A DNA stretch of 64,000 bases. Source: an uncultured Candidatus Saccharibacteria bacterium. Its GTDB lineage: Bacteria; Patescibacteriota; UBA1384; 2-12-FULL-50-11; DASWYB01. The stretch is from contig CAYJRF010000001.1 in assembly GCA_964372935.1 (NCBI GenBank), forward strand, positions 8,993 to 72,992, read 5' to 3'. Below are positions 10,063 to 20,065 of this stretch, one piece after another; position 1 is the stretch's first letter; each line of letters begins with the position of its first letter. The position numbers and the translations under genes were made by a program. The notes under the pieces are model-generated. The model did not search any database. It saw nothing but the letters and a program-made list of their open reading frames with translations, and was not told where the DNA came from.

Positions 10063-11031
10063 ATGGCCCTGCGAGACAACGTTGCTTTGCGGGATTCTGT
10101 TTGGTTTCATACCGGCGGTGTCGCCCAATACTTTGCTTTGGGCGAGTCGGTGGGGAAGATTGTCGAGGCCGTTGGCCAGGCCGTGAAAGAAGGGCTGGCT
10201 TATCAAGTGATTGGCGCCGGTTCCCACATTTTAGTTAGCGACGCCGGCTTTCCCGGCTTAATTATCAAAAATGTTACCCGTGGCTTTGTGTTCGTGCCCG
10301 AGCGATCGCAAATAATCGCCGACGCCGGACTGTCGCTCGGGGAGTTGGCAACTCAAACCGTATCACGCGGCTATGGGGGGTTGGAGTTTTTATTAGGTTT
10401 ACCCGGGACGGTGGGCGGAGCGATTTACAACAATGTTTCGGTTGGCTCGCGGGCGTTGGGCGACTACGTTCGGAGCGCGACCTTGCTCGACGCCGCGGAG
10501 CTCGGCGCGCCGCCGCGCGACTATCAACTTGGAGGGGCGATTCGCAAGGTTGATCGGGCGTGGTTTGACTTTGCCCATCGCATGAGCCGCCTAAAAAAGG
10601 AGCGACGGCAGTCACCGACTCCGCCGATTATCTTGTCGGCAACACTCCAACTCGCCCTCATGTCGCCGGACACGCTCAAGCGGAGATTGCAGTCGGCTCG
10701 TCCCGATCGCCGGAAAAGTCCAGACGGCGGGTTGCCTCAACTGGAGTGTTTTGACAATTTGGCGGCGCGCGAAACTTTTAGGCATCGCCAAGCGAGCGAC
10801 GTGGCGCGGTCGGTGGATCGGCCGGTCTATATCGTTGACCGAGCGACGGTCAAAAACTGGCGAGTTGGCGCGATTGGCTTCGCGCCGAGCAACCCGAACA
10901 TGCTGGTAAATTATGGCCAGGGCTCCAGCCGCGACGCCGCCGCGGCGATTGAATTAGCGCGAACCGCTCTGGAACCGATCGTCGGCCAGCGTCCAACACC
11001 CCTGATTGAATTTGCCGGCTATTGGGAGTAG
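10063..11031 (+). CDS. murB: UDP-N-acetylenolpyruvoylglucosamine reductase MurB
   Basis: FAD-binding N-terminus (GGVAQYF, IGAGSHILVSD) and MurB C-terminal domain; start taken at ATG 10063 just after the murC-like stop. Confidence 0.8.
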   Translation: MALRDNVALRDSVWFHTGGVAQYFALGESVGKIVEAVGQAVKEGLAYQVIGAGSHILVSDAGFPGLIIKNVTRGFVFVPERSQIIADAGLSLGELATQTVSRGYGGLEFLLGLPGTVGGAIYNNVSVGSRALGDYVRSATLLDAAELGAPPRDYQLGGAIRKVDRAWFDFAHRMSRLKKERRQSPTPPIILSATLQLALMSPDTLKRRLQSARPDRRKSPDGGLPQLECFDNLAARETFRHRQASDVARSVDRPVYIVDRATVKNWRVGAIGFAPSNPNMLVNYGQGSSRDAAAAIELARTALEPIVGQRPTPLIEFAGYWE

Positions 11032-11093
11032 CGCGATCGAGCGGGTGCCGCCTGACTTCGCCCACTTCCCGCGTTGGTTCGGTGGGGTATGTT

Positions 11094-11873
11094 ATGATGA
11101 AGGGCAGGAAGGAGTTTGTGGGTCGGCCTATTCACCGTTTGCCCGGGGTTATTCCTGCCGGGAAGGTTTTTTCATCGCCCCGCAAGCTGGCGCCTTATTG
11201 GAGCGTGGGTTTTGTTGTCTTAGGGGTGATTGTCGGCGGTTATTGGTTCGTGTTTCAAAGCGAGGTATTTCGGGTTACGTCGGTCGAGGTGGTGGGAATC
11301 GAGTCTAGCGCCGTTGTCGCGGTGACGGGACGATTTGTTGGGGAGAATATTTTTCGACTCAATAGCGCGGCGGTTGGACAGGATTTGCGTCAAGCATATC
11401 CCGCCATTGCCGACGTAACTATCATTCGCGGTCTGCCTCGAACGGTAAGACTTTCGGTTAGCTTGCGCGAACCGAAGGTACGCTGGCAGCGCGGCGGCAC
11501 TGTTTTTATTGTCGACGCCACGGGACAAATATTTGCCGCCGGCGAGCAGCCGGAACACGCCAATCTTCCCAAAATAGTCGATCTGTCCTCCGCGCCGGTC
11601 GCCGCCGGTCAGATGATTGTGACGCCGGTGTTCATTACGTTTGTTGAAAAGCTTCAAAATCAGCTGTCGGATTTTGGTCGGGACCACATCGCCAACGAAA
11701 TTACCGAAACCACCTACCATCTCGACGTGGTGCTATCTGGCGATTTGCGCTTGCGTTTGACAACCCAACGCCCCCTTGATGAACAACTGGCCGCGGCTCG
11801 GAGTATTTTTGCATCTCATCCCGAAGCGCGGGTGATTGACGTGCGGGTTCCGCGCTGGGGCTATTGGAAATAA
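11094..11873 (+). CDS. ftsQ: Cell-division protein FtsQ/DivIB (POTRA domain)
   Basis: N-terminal TM, then a POTRA-like segment (FRVTSVEVVG); last gene of the dcw block. Start at ATG 11094 preceded by GGTGGGG. Confidence 0.7.
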   Translation: MMKGRKEFVGRPIHRLPGVIPAGKVFSSPRKLAPYWSVGFVVLGVIVGGYWFVFQSEVFRVTSVEVVGIESSAVVAVTGRFVGENIFRLNSAAVGQDLRQAYPAIADVTIIRGLPRTVRLSVSLREPKVRWQRGGTVFIVDATGQIFAAGEQPEHANLPKIVDLSSAPVAAGQMIVTPVFITFVEKLQNQLSDFGRDHIANEITETTYHLDVVLSGDLRLRLTTQRPLDEQLAAARSIFASHPEARVIDVRVPRWGYWK

Positions 11874-11879
11874 ACGGTC

Positions 11880-13553
11880 TTGATGGTCATGGAAAAGTTT
11901 TGGCGCGATGGTCCCAGAGTAACAACAAGTCTGTTTGATCATATCGTGGCCGAGCGTCGGTTGAACAATATTGATCGTTTTTTGTCCCCGAATTGGCCTG
12001 ACGATCTCCATGATCCTAGCGCTCTTGATTCGCTCTCGACGGCAGTCGAGCGGCTTTGGCGCGCCGTGGAGGCCGACGAGACGATTGGGATTATGGGCGA
12101 TTACGATATGGACGGCACGCCGGCGGCGGCGCTGCTTTATGAGTTTTTTCGCCTGGTTGGCGCCAGTGTGGTGGTGGAACTGCCAACGCGGCAGGCCGGT
12201 TACGGTCTGACGACCGAATATGTCGAAAAGTTTGCCCGCCGCGGCGTTAGCCTAATCGTTACGGTTGACTGTGGTATTCGCGACAAAACCGCCGTTGACG
12301 CGGCGACGGCGTTGGGAATGGCGGTGATTATTACCGATCACCACGAACCGCCCGAAGAGGTCGTGGATGTCCCGTCGGCCTTCGCCATTGTTAATCCGAA
12401 CTTCGGACGACGGGCTTACCCCTTCTTGGGTTTAGCTGGCGCCGGCGTGGCGGCCAAGCTCGTTGACGGCCTTATTCGTCTTTCGCCACATAAGTATCAA
12501 GCTATGATACCCGCCAATTGGTTTGGCTGGGAGTTAGATTTGGTGGCTTTGGCGACGATTGCCGACATGGTGCCATTGATCGGGGAAAATCGTCTCTTTG
12601 CTTGCTGCGGATTAAAGATTATTCGCGCTGGCCGACGCCCCGGGCTACGTCGGTTAATCGAAACAGTCGGCTTAACTATCGAGGCGGTAACGTATCGTGA
12701 CGTTGCCTACAAAATTATTCCCCCGTGCAACGCGGCCGGACGGATTGATCGTATGGACGACGTTTTTACTCTTTTGGTCAGTCGAAGAGTTGATGAGATT
12801 GACGCGGCGATCGGCCGGATTATGACATGTTGGGAACGGAGCCAGAGTCTGACTGGGCGAATGGTTGACGAAGGCAGGCAAAAACTTGATCGGCTATCCG
12901 ACCGAGGGTGTTTAGTGGCCGACGCGGGCTGGCACGCCGGTTTGACTGGCGTAGTGGCCGGGCGACTGGCCGAGGAACGCCGAGGGATAGTCGCTGTTTT
13001 AGCTCCGGCCGGCGCGGGGGTGTACCGCGGGAGTATTCGAGGGATCGCCGGTAGTCATTTGCCGGAACTCTTGGGTCAATTTCGTCATTTGCTCGTGGCT
13101 TTTGGCGGTCACCCCCTAGCGGCCGGTTTAACGATTAAGGAAGAAAACATTCCCCAGCTGGCGGCCGGTTTGGCCGACAACGGTGCGATGGCGGCCGATG
13201 GCAGTCAGGCTATTTCCGACGGCTTGATTACACCCGGTCAGACCACCCTGGAGGCGTTGGGCTCGCTTGAGCGTCTCGAACCATGGGGAGTCGGCAACAT
13301 CGAGCCGACATGGAGTTTGCGCCAAGTCGTGTTGCGAGACGTTCGTTGGCTAAAAGACGGCGCCCACCTCCGCGCCGCGGCTCTCGGTGAAGGCATAGAA
13401 CAGGTGCCGATCATCTATTTTGGCGCCCACAAGGCCAAAACGCTGGTTGATGGTTCGCTTGACATCTACGGAACCCTTGGGATTAATGAGTTCAGAGGTA
13501 ATCGCTCGCCCCAAATGATCGTGAAAGGAATGGCGCGACATGGCCAAGATTAG
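11880..13553 (+). CDS. recJ: Single-stranded-DNA-specific exonuclease RecJ
   Basis: DHH motifs (GDYDMDG, ITDHH) and DHHA1 C-terminal region. Confidence 0.85.
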   Translation: MMVMEKFWRDGPRVTTSLFDHIVAERRLNNIDRFLSPNWPDDLHDPSALDSLSTAVERLWRAVEADETIGIMGDYDMDGTPAAALLYEFFRLVGASVVVELPTRQAGYGLTTEYVEKFARRGVSLIVTVDCGIRDKTAVDAATALGMAVIITDHHEPPEEVVDVPSAFAIVNPNFGRRAYPFLGLAGAGVAAKLVDGLIRLSPHKYQAMIPANWFGWELDLVALATIADMVPLIGENRLFACCGLKIIRAGRRPGLRRLIETVGLTIEAVTYRDVAYKIIPPCNAAGRIDRMDDVFTLLVSRRVDEIDAAIGRIMTCWERSQSLTGRMVDEGRQKLDRLSDRGCLVADAGWHAGLTGVVAGRLAEERRGIVAVLAPAGAGVYRGSIRGIAGSHLPELLGQFRHLLVAFGGHPLAAGLTIKEENIPQLAAGLADNGAMAADGSQAISDGLITPGQTTLEALGSLERLEPWGVGNIEPTWSLRQVVLRDVRWLKDGAHLRAAALGEGIEQVPIIYFGAHKAKTLVDGSLDIYGTLGINEFRGNRSPQMIVKGMARHGQD

Positions 13554-14892
13554 GACACGCTATGTGTGCGGCAGTTGCGGGGAAGAATCTATCGCCTGGC
13601 AAGGACGGTGTCCCGCGTGCCAGGAATGGAACACTCTTCAGCCGTTTACGCCCAAGAAGACGTCGGGTAATCAGCCGGCGGCTGTTTTGGCGTTGACGCC
13701 GCTGGACGTGAACGCGTCGTCGGGTCAGAGATTAGTCAGCCGGATTGGCGAGTTTGATCGGGTGGTCGGCGGCGGCATCGTCCCGGGAAGCGTGATCTTA
13801 CTGGCGGGAGAACCGGGAATCGGGAAATCAACGTTGCTTCTCCAAGTTGCCCAGGCGGTGTCGGAGCGAACGGTGATCTATTTTTCCGGCGAGGAATCAA
13901 CGGCCCAAGTGGCCGGTCGGGCTCGGCGGCTCGGCATAACGCCGACGTTTCTTTTTTCCAACGAGACGCATTTGCCGGCAATCCGCGCCGCGATCGAAGC
14001 GCGGTCGCCCGATGTCGTGATCATCGATTCGATTCAAACCATTTATGACGAAACTTATCCCAGCACGCCGGGCAGCTTAGTGCAGGTGAGGGAGTGCGCC
14101 CTGATCCTGCAAACATTGGCCAAGAGCCTGGGGGTGAGTATGATCCTTGTTGGCCACATTACGAAAGAGGGAACGGTGGCCGGGCCGAAAACTCTCGAGC
14201 ACATGGTGGACGTAGTTCTAACCTTGGAAGGCGACCCGCGCGGCGATACTCGTATTTTGCGCGGGATGAAGAATCGTTTTGGGGCGACGTACGAAACGGG
14301 CTTATTCCAGTTGGGCGAGAACGGCATGGTTGGGGTGGACGATCCATCGGTGTTATTCGTTGAGTCGCATCGCCAGGCGGCGCCGGGCACCGCCCTGACG
14401 GCCGTTATCGAGGGACAGCGCCCGATGTTGATCGAAATTCAGGCTTTGGTGGCGGCAACGCCGTTTGGTTACCCCAAACGCGCCAGTTCGGGATTCGATC
14501 CCCAACGGCTCCATCTCTTATTGGCAATTCTCGACAGTCGCGGCGGTGGCGCGTTCGCGTCGTCGGACGTATTTTGCAATGTTGTTGGGGGATATAGTGT
14601 TCAAGATCGCGGGGCTGATTTGGCGGCGTGTTTGGCATTACTGTCGGCGGCCAGCGGGGTGGCGTTGCCCGCGCGGTCAGTTTTTTGCGGAGAAGTTGGC
14701 TTAACCGGCGAAATTAGACCGGCAACTTATCAAAAGCGACGCCAAGACGAAATTAATCGCTTAGGTTACCATGTTGGCGCGCCGGCCAAGACGCTGGCTG
14801 AACTGGTGGCCGCATTGGGACTAAAGGTCGCCGGCCGTCCTCGCGGGCGGACGTCGGCGAGCGTTAGCGCCGCGGAGACGCCATGGCCCTAG
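13540..14892 (+). CDS. radA: DNA repair protein RadA/Sms
   Basis: N-terminal C4 zinc finger (CGSCGxxxxxWxGRCPAC), RecA-like Walker A GEPGIGKST and a Lon-like C-terminal domain. Confidence 0.9.
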   Translation: MAKIRTRYVCGSCGEESIAWQGRCPACQEWNTLQPFTPKKTSGNQPAAVLALTPLDVNASSGQRLVSRIGEFDRVVGGGIVPGSVILLAGEPGIGKSTLLLQVAQAVSERTVIYFSGEESTAQVAGRARRLGITPTFLFSNETHLPAIRAAIEARSPDVVIIDSIQTIYDETYPSTPGSLVQVRECALILQTLAKSLGVSMILVGHITKEGTVAGPKTLEHMVDVVLTLEGDPRGDTRILRGMKNRFGATYETGLFQLGENGMVGVDDPSVLFVESHRQAAPGTALTAVIEGQRPMLIEIQALVAATPFGYPKRASSGFDPQRLHLLLAILDSRGGGAFASSDVFCNVVGGYSVQDRGADLAACLALLSAASGVALPARSVFCGEVGLTGEIRPATYQKRRQDEINRLGYHVGAPAKTLAELVAALGLKVAGRPRGRTSASVSAAETPWP

Positions 14893-15833
14893 AGAGTCAG
14901 CCGGATCTGGTTTTTCTGCTGATCGCCCTGATAGTTGCCCTGTCGGCCTACCTGATTTTTCGCCGACTGATTCACGTCTCTTTTCCATATTTTTTTCTGG
15001 GCTTGACGGGCCTGATTATCGGCTTGATCATCGGTTCGTTGGTGGGGCGACTGCTGGCGAATTTACCGGGCATTTTTGGCCGGTGGCTGCCGATTATCGT
15101 CAATGTCATTATTGCCGTGGGGGTGTTCGATCTTTTTCTGGCTCAAGCCCAAGCGGCGAGCGATTTTATCCGCGCCCTGATTAAGCGGGAGGATCGCGGC
15201 AGTCACGAATCCATCATCGACACTTCGGTCCTGATTGACGGGCGGATTGAAAGCATTGTCGAAACCGGTTTCTTGCCCGGGGGACTAATTGTGCCGCAGG
15301 TCGTGTTGAAGGAGTTGCAAAAACTGGCTGATGCCCGCGATCCGGTGAAGCGGGCGCGGGGCAAGCGGGGCTTGGATCGCTTGGCGTCAATTCGAAATCA
15401 GCCACGGCTGAAAATTACCGTGATGCAAGAACCCCAAGTCGAGGACACCGTTGACGGCGAATTGATCCGCCTCGCCCAGAAGCATAATACTTCTCTCTTG
15501 ACCCTGGATTATAACCTCAATCAAATTGCCCAAATTCGCGGTGTCCGTGTCCTGAATATTAACGCTCTGGCCAGTTCGCTTCGACCGGTCCTGCTTCCCG
15601 GGGAGGCAATTATGGTCAAAGTGATTCAAAAAGGCAAAGAATCCGGACAAGGGGTTGGCTATTTGCCGGACGGCACAATGATTATCGTCGAGGGCGGCGA
15701 CAGGGCGGTGGATCAGGAAATCGAGTGCGAAGTCGCCCGCATCTATCAAACGGTGAGTGGAAAAATCGTGTTCGTTACCCCGAAAAAAACTTCCCTTAGG
15801 GTCAAATTAGACCAAGGGCGCGGGGTGCGTTAA
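14883..15833 (+). CDS. Membrane-anchored PIN and TRAM domain protein (YacL-like)
   Basis: N-terminal TM helices, a PIN domain (IIDTSVLIDGR...) and a C-terminal TRAM-like beta domain. YacL-like genes follow radA in Firmicutes. Confidence 0.7.
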   Translation: MALESQPDLVFLLIALIVALSAYLIFRRLIHVSFPYFFLGLTGLIIGLIIGSLVGRLLANLPGIFGRWLPIIVNVIIAVGVFDLFLAQAQAASDFIRALIKREDRGSHESIIDTSVLIDGRIESIVETGFLPGGLIVPQVVLKELQKLADARDPVKRARGKRGLDRLASIRNQPRLKITVMQEPQVEDTVDGELIRLAQKHNTSLLTLDYNLNQIAQIRGVRVLNINALASSLRPVLLPGEAIMVKVIQKGKESGQGVGYLPDGTMIIVEGGDRAVDQEIECEVARIYQTVSGKIVFVTPKKTSLRVKLDQGRGVR

Positions 15834-15854
15834 CCGGTCGTAGCTTAGCCGATG

Positions 15855-18725
15855 CTACAGCGGCACGACAGAATATTGGATGGTTGTAGCCCGAGCGTTG
15901 CCGTTTTTGTCGCTGGGGACGAAAGTCACGTAGTTGGCCACTCCACTTGCCAGGCCAATCAGGGGGGTTGATTGATTAACGCCCGGAGTGGCGACATAAA
16001 CGCTGTTTTTGGCGCCTTTGACATTAGGCGATTGAGATACGTACACTGTTACACTCGCCAGATCGCTGTCGGCGGGGTTAGTCCAGGTGGCGATGGCCGC
16101 GCCCTTGGCGCTGGAGACGACGAGGGTGACGTTGGTAACTTCACCGGGCGCTGTAACGTCGCCGGCGACCGTGATTGATGCCGTCGCCGCGGCCGACGTA
16201 TTTAAGGTTGTTTCGGCTACGGCCTTGAGCTCGTGGGGGCCGGGAGTAAGGCTGCCGGCGTCAATCGTCGCGGTGTACGGCTCGATAGCGTCGGTGGATT
16301 GGGGCGCGCCATCTACCAAAAACCGGACTGTTCCAGCCGCGTTGGGTGGCCAGGTTACGTCGGCTTCCACCGTAAAAACTCCGCTCACCGTCGCCCCGCT
16401 GTCGGGCGCGGCGATGGCAATTTTGGGGTCGCGAAAAACAATCGAGCATTTGGTGGTTGGCGGCTCGCTGGTCAAATTCTGGCCACTGGCCCACGCCTGA
16501 ACCGGGCCTTCCCAGGCGGGATTATCGGGTTTTTCCGAGTGAACGCGGGTGAATGTTCGAGTTTCGATCTCATCGCTCGGGGTGGCGTCGGTGGCGAGGA
16601 GGCCGTTGCTTTTGCAGACGTTGACGATTCGATGGACGTCATCGTTTTGGGTGGGTATTTGCCATGGCGCGAACACGTCCGAGATGAGCTGGCCGGACGC
16701 CGGGGTGGGGTTTTTCCCGGAAAACTGATCAACGGTGTGATCGGTAATGGTTGAGGGTCGGAAAAAAGCTTCATTGGGAGATTTGGCAAGGGCCTTCACC
16801 ATAAAAGCGTGCCAAATCGGCGCCGCGGCGGTTGATCCGCCGCCGCGATCCATTTCGCGACCGTCATTATTGCCGGCCCAAACGCCGGCAGTCAAGCTGG
16901 GGGTAAAACCGACGGTCCAGGCATCTTTAAAGTTGTTGGTCGTGCCGGTTTTTACCGCCACGGTCTTGCCCGAGACGGTGAGGATGCCCAACGTATTGGC
17001 GAAGGTGGGGCGCTTGGCGTCAACGTCGGACAGGACGTCGCTTATCTGGTAGGCGATCTCTGGCGCGAGGACCGATTTGGTTTCCGGCTTCCACTCGTCG
17101 ATAATTTTATTGCTGCTGTCGGCGATCTTGAGAATGGAAGTGAGGGGAGCCCGATCGCCATGGTTGGCAATTACCCCGTAGGCGGCGGTTAGATCAATTA
17201 ACTTGACCTCTCCGGCGCCTAAGGCCAAGGCCAAACCGCCGCTCGCCGCCTTGCCCTCGAGCGTGGTAATGCCCATCTCGCCCGCGGTTTTGATAAATTT
17301 CGGGACACCGGTGACCGCCAAGGCCTTGACGGCTGGAATATTGAGCGAGTTTCCCAAAGCCTGGCGCATTGTTACCGGTCCGCGGAATTTGCCGTCGTAG
17401 TTGTTTGGTTGATAACCGTTAAAGTTGGTTTCCAGGTCCCATAGCAACGACGCCGGCGACCAATTCTCTTTGAGTAAGGTTGAATAGACAATCGGTTTAA
17501 TGGCCGAACCGGGCTGGCGCTGGCCGGTGGTGGTGTTAAAGTTGCCTTCGTTGGCTTGATTAAAGTAATCGAGCGATCCCACCATGGCGAGAATTTGGCC
17601 GGTTTTAGGGTCTAAGGCAACCAGGCCGGCATTGGAGGCGTGAACCTTGGGGAGAGTTTTAGCGCCTTGGTCTTTGATCGCCGAGTCGGCGATGGTTTGG
17701 AGGTCCAAATCCAAGGTGGTGGTAACGCGCAAACCGCCGCGCTGGACCATATCCTCGCCATATTTTTTGACCAATTGCTCCCGAACATACATCACGAAAT
17801 GAGGCGCGGGAAAGTTTTGGCTTTTTTGGGCGAAATCTTTCGCCTCGAGCGGCGGGTCTTTTTTCGCCTGATCGGCCTCGTCTTGAGTGATAGCGCCCGA
17901 CTTGACCATCGCCTCCAGAACGAGATTTTTTCGCGCCACCAGGAGGTTGATATTGTTGCCGTAAGGGGAGTAGCGTGTCGGCGCTTGGGGAAGAGCCGCC
18001 AAAGTTGCGGCTTGCGCCAAGGTTAATCCGTCCTTGGCCGATTTGCCGAAGAAGGCTTGACTGGCGGACTCAACGCCGTAAATGCTCGACCCGTACGGGA
18101 TTTCGTTCAAATACAAGGTTAGGATATCGTCTTTGGAATAGATCGCCTCGATTTCGATGGCTAAGATAACTTCTTTAATTTTCCGCGCTAGGGTGCGTTT
18201 GGGCGACAGAATGGCGTTTTTAATATACTGCTGGGTAATCGTGCTTCCGCCCTGAAACCCCCTGCCAGTGATGGGTTTTAATATTGCCCCCCTGATCAAG
18301 CCGCGAAAATCGAGACCGCGATGTTGGTAAAAGCTCTTGTCTTCGATCGCGACGGTCGCGTGCTTCATCACGTTAGGGATGTCGCCGGATTTCAGCAAAA
18401 TTCGGCGCTCGTCCCCCGAGATATCGTAAATTTGTTTTCCATTGCGATCGTAGAGAATCGTCGATTCGCTCGTCGAACGAGTCCGCAACTCGCCCGGCCG
18501 GGGCAAATCTTTGAAATACCAGCCAAAAACCAGGCCGGCCGACACCAGGCCGACCAGACATACCATAATCATCCCACGCAAAACGCGGCGCCAGGTAAAA
18601 AAGCGACGCCAGTGGCGGAGGTTAAAACTTCGCAACCGCGCGCCGCTCTGATCTAGCATCAGGCGGCGGAGACGCTCCAGCCGTTTGCGATCAATCCCAA
18701 AATCAGGCCGTCTCGGGTGGGGCAT
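15855..18725 (-). CDS. Class A penicillin-binding protein (PBP1A; glycosyltransferase plus transpeptidase) with a long C-terminal beta-rich extension
   Basis: GT51 motifs (EDKSFYQHRGLD, GGSTITQQ) and transpeptidase motifs (SAIK, KTGTTNN). The final ~250 aa are Ser/Thr/Ala/Val-rich Ig/FN3-like repeats. Confidence 0.9.
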   Translation of the reverse strand: MPHPRRPDFGIDRKRLERLRRLMLDQSGARLRSFNLRHWRRFFTWRRVLRGMIMVCLVGLVSAGLVFGWYFKDLPRPGELRTRSTSESTILYDRNGKQIYDISGDERRILLKSGDIPNVMKHATVAIEDKSFYQHRGLDFRGLIRGAILKPITGRGFQGGSTITQQYIKNAILSPKRTLARKIKEVILAIEIEAIYSKDDILTLYLNEIPYGSSIYGVESASQAFFGKSAKDGLTLAQAATLAALPQAPTRYSPYGNNINLLVARKNLVLEAMVKSGAITQDEADQAKKDPPLEAKDFAQKSQNFPAPHFVMYVREQLVKKYGEDMVQRGGLRVTTTLDLDLQTIADSAIKDQGAKTLPKVHASNAGLVALDPKTGQILAMVGSLDYFNQANEGNFNTTTGQRQPGSAIKPIVYSTLLKENWSPASLLWDLETNFNGYQPNNYDGKFRGPVTMRQALGNSLNIPAVKALAVTGVPKFIKTAGEMGITTLEGKAASGGLALALGAGEVKLIDLTAAYGVIANHGDRAPLTSILKIADSSNKIIDEWKPETKSVLAPEIAYQISDVLSDVDAKRPTFANTLGILTVSGKTVAVKTGTTNNFKDAWTVGFTPSLTAGVWAGNNDGREMDRGGGSTAAAPIWHAFMVKALAKSPNEAFFRPSTITDHTVDQFSGKNPTPASGQLISDVFAPWQIPTQNDDVHRIVNVCKSNGLLATDATPSDEIETRTFTRVHSEKPDNPAWEGPVQAWASGQNLTSEPPTTKCSIVFRDPKIAIAAPDSGATVSGVFTVEADVTWPPNAAGTVRFLVDGAPQSTDAIEPYTATIDAGSLTPGPHELKAVAETTLNTSAAATASITVAGDVTAPGEVTNVTLVVSSAKGAAIATWTNPADSDLASVTVYVSQSPNVKGAKNSVYVATPGVNQSTPLIGLASGVANYVTFVPSDKNGNARATTIQYSVVPL

Positions 18726-18835
18726 AACTAGTAGTATTGTATGTCAGAACCAATAAGAGCGCAACCGAGAGGCGGATTGGCGGTTTGACGAGCGCGTTTT
18801 TGCACTATCACGGGCCGATCGGGTATAATTTCTTT

Positions 18836-20065
18836 ATGGAACGGACAGTTTTGACTGCCGATGCCGACGACTTGCTGTCGCGCGGGGTGGCGGAAATAAT
18901 TGACGCCGACAAGCTGCGCCACCGCCTCAAAACCGGGGGGCGTTTGCGCGTGAAGTTGGGTATCGACCCAAGTAAACCGGCTTTGCATATCGGTCATGCC
19001 TTAACCCTGCGCAAGCTCCGACAGTTTCAGGACGCCGGTCATACCGCCGTGGTGATTATGGGCGACATCACAGCCCAACTTGGCGATCCGACCGATCGGG
19101 AAACGGCTCGCCCGCGCCTGTCTGCGGCCGAAGTTAAGGCGAATAGCGATGCCCTGATAGGTCAGATCGGCGGCTTGATTGATGTCGCCTCGGCCGAAAT
19201 TCACGCCAATTCAGAATGGTTCGGAGAATTCGATCTTGTCCGAGTGGTGGAGTTGATGGCCAAAACAACCTTAAATCACTTGCTGTCTCACGAAACTTTC
19301 GTTCACCGTCTCGAAAAAAATCAGCCGCTATATTTTCATGAGGCGTTGTACCCTCTTCTCCAAGGGTATGATTCGACAATGGTACGCTCCGATGTCGAGC
19401 TGGGCGGGATTGATCAGAAATTCAACGTCCTGATGGGCCGACACCTTCAAAGAACATTGGGTCAAGCCGAGCAGGATGTCTTGCTGGTGCGCTATTTGCC
19501 CGGCACCGACGGTCGGGAAAAAATGTCGAAAAGCTTGGGCAATTCGATAGACCTAACAGACTCGCCCGACGACATATTCGGTAAAACCATGGCTATTCCG
19601 GATCGGCTGATTTTACCTTATTTCGTTCTGGCGACACAAGTATCGTCAAACGTCATAGAGACCTATCGCAACGCCTTGGCGAAGCAAGAAAATCCGCGGG
19701 AGATAAAGTTCGCTTTGGCCAAAACAATCGTGGGCGAATTGAAGGGAGCGGCCGCCGCCGAGGCCGCCGCCGAACGGTTCAATGCCGTGTTTCGAGATAA
19801 GACCGTGCCGGCTGACGCCGAAATTTTAACCTTGCCCGCCGGTCAGTATAGCTTGCTTGAAGTCTTGACTCGGCGGACCACTTTGGCGCCGAGTAACAGC
19901 GCGGCGCGCCGTTTGGTGGCGCAGCGCGGGGTAAAAAAGAACGGACGGGTTGTCGAGGACGTTGAAGACGTCATCGCCCCAAATGACGGAGACACGGTGG
20001 TGATCCAAGTCGGCTCGCGGCGCTTCGTGAAAATTACCTGGAAGACGCCTCATGAAGCCGCTTGA
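18836..20065 (+). CDS. tyrS: Tyrosyl-tRNA synthetase (with C-terminal S4-like domain)
   Basis: HIGH-type motif LHIGH, KMSKS motif and a C-terminal S4 fold (RRLVAQRGVKKNGRVV). Start at ATG 18836 with TATAAT only 8 nt upstream. Confidence 0.85.
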   Translation: MERTVLTADADDLLSRGVAEIIDADKLRHRLKTGGRLRVKLGIDPSKPALHIGHALTLRKLRQFQDAGHTAVVIMGDITAQLGDPTDRETARPRLSAAEVKANSDALIGQIGGLIDVASAEIHANSEWFGEFDLVRVVELMAKTTLNHLLSHETFVHRLEKNQPLYFHEALYPLLQGYDSTMVRSDVELGGIDQKFNVLMGRHLQRTLGQAEQDVLLVRYLPGTDGREKMSKSLGNSIDLTDSPDDIFGKTMAIPDRLILPYFVLATQVSSNVIETYRNALAKQENPREIKFALAKTIVGELKGAAAAEAAAERFNAVFRDKTVPADAEILTLPAGQYSLLEVLTRRTTLAPSNSAARRLVAQRGVKKNGRVVEDVEDVIAPNDGDTVVIQVGSRRFVKITWKTPHEAA

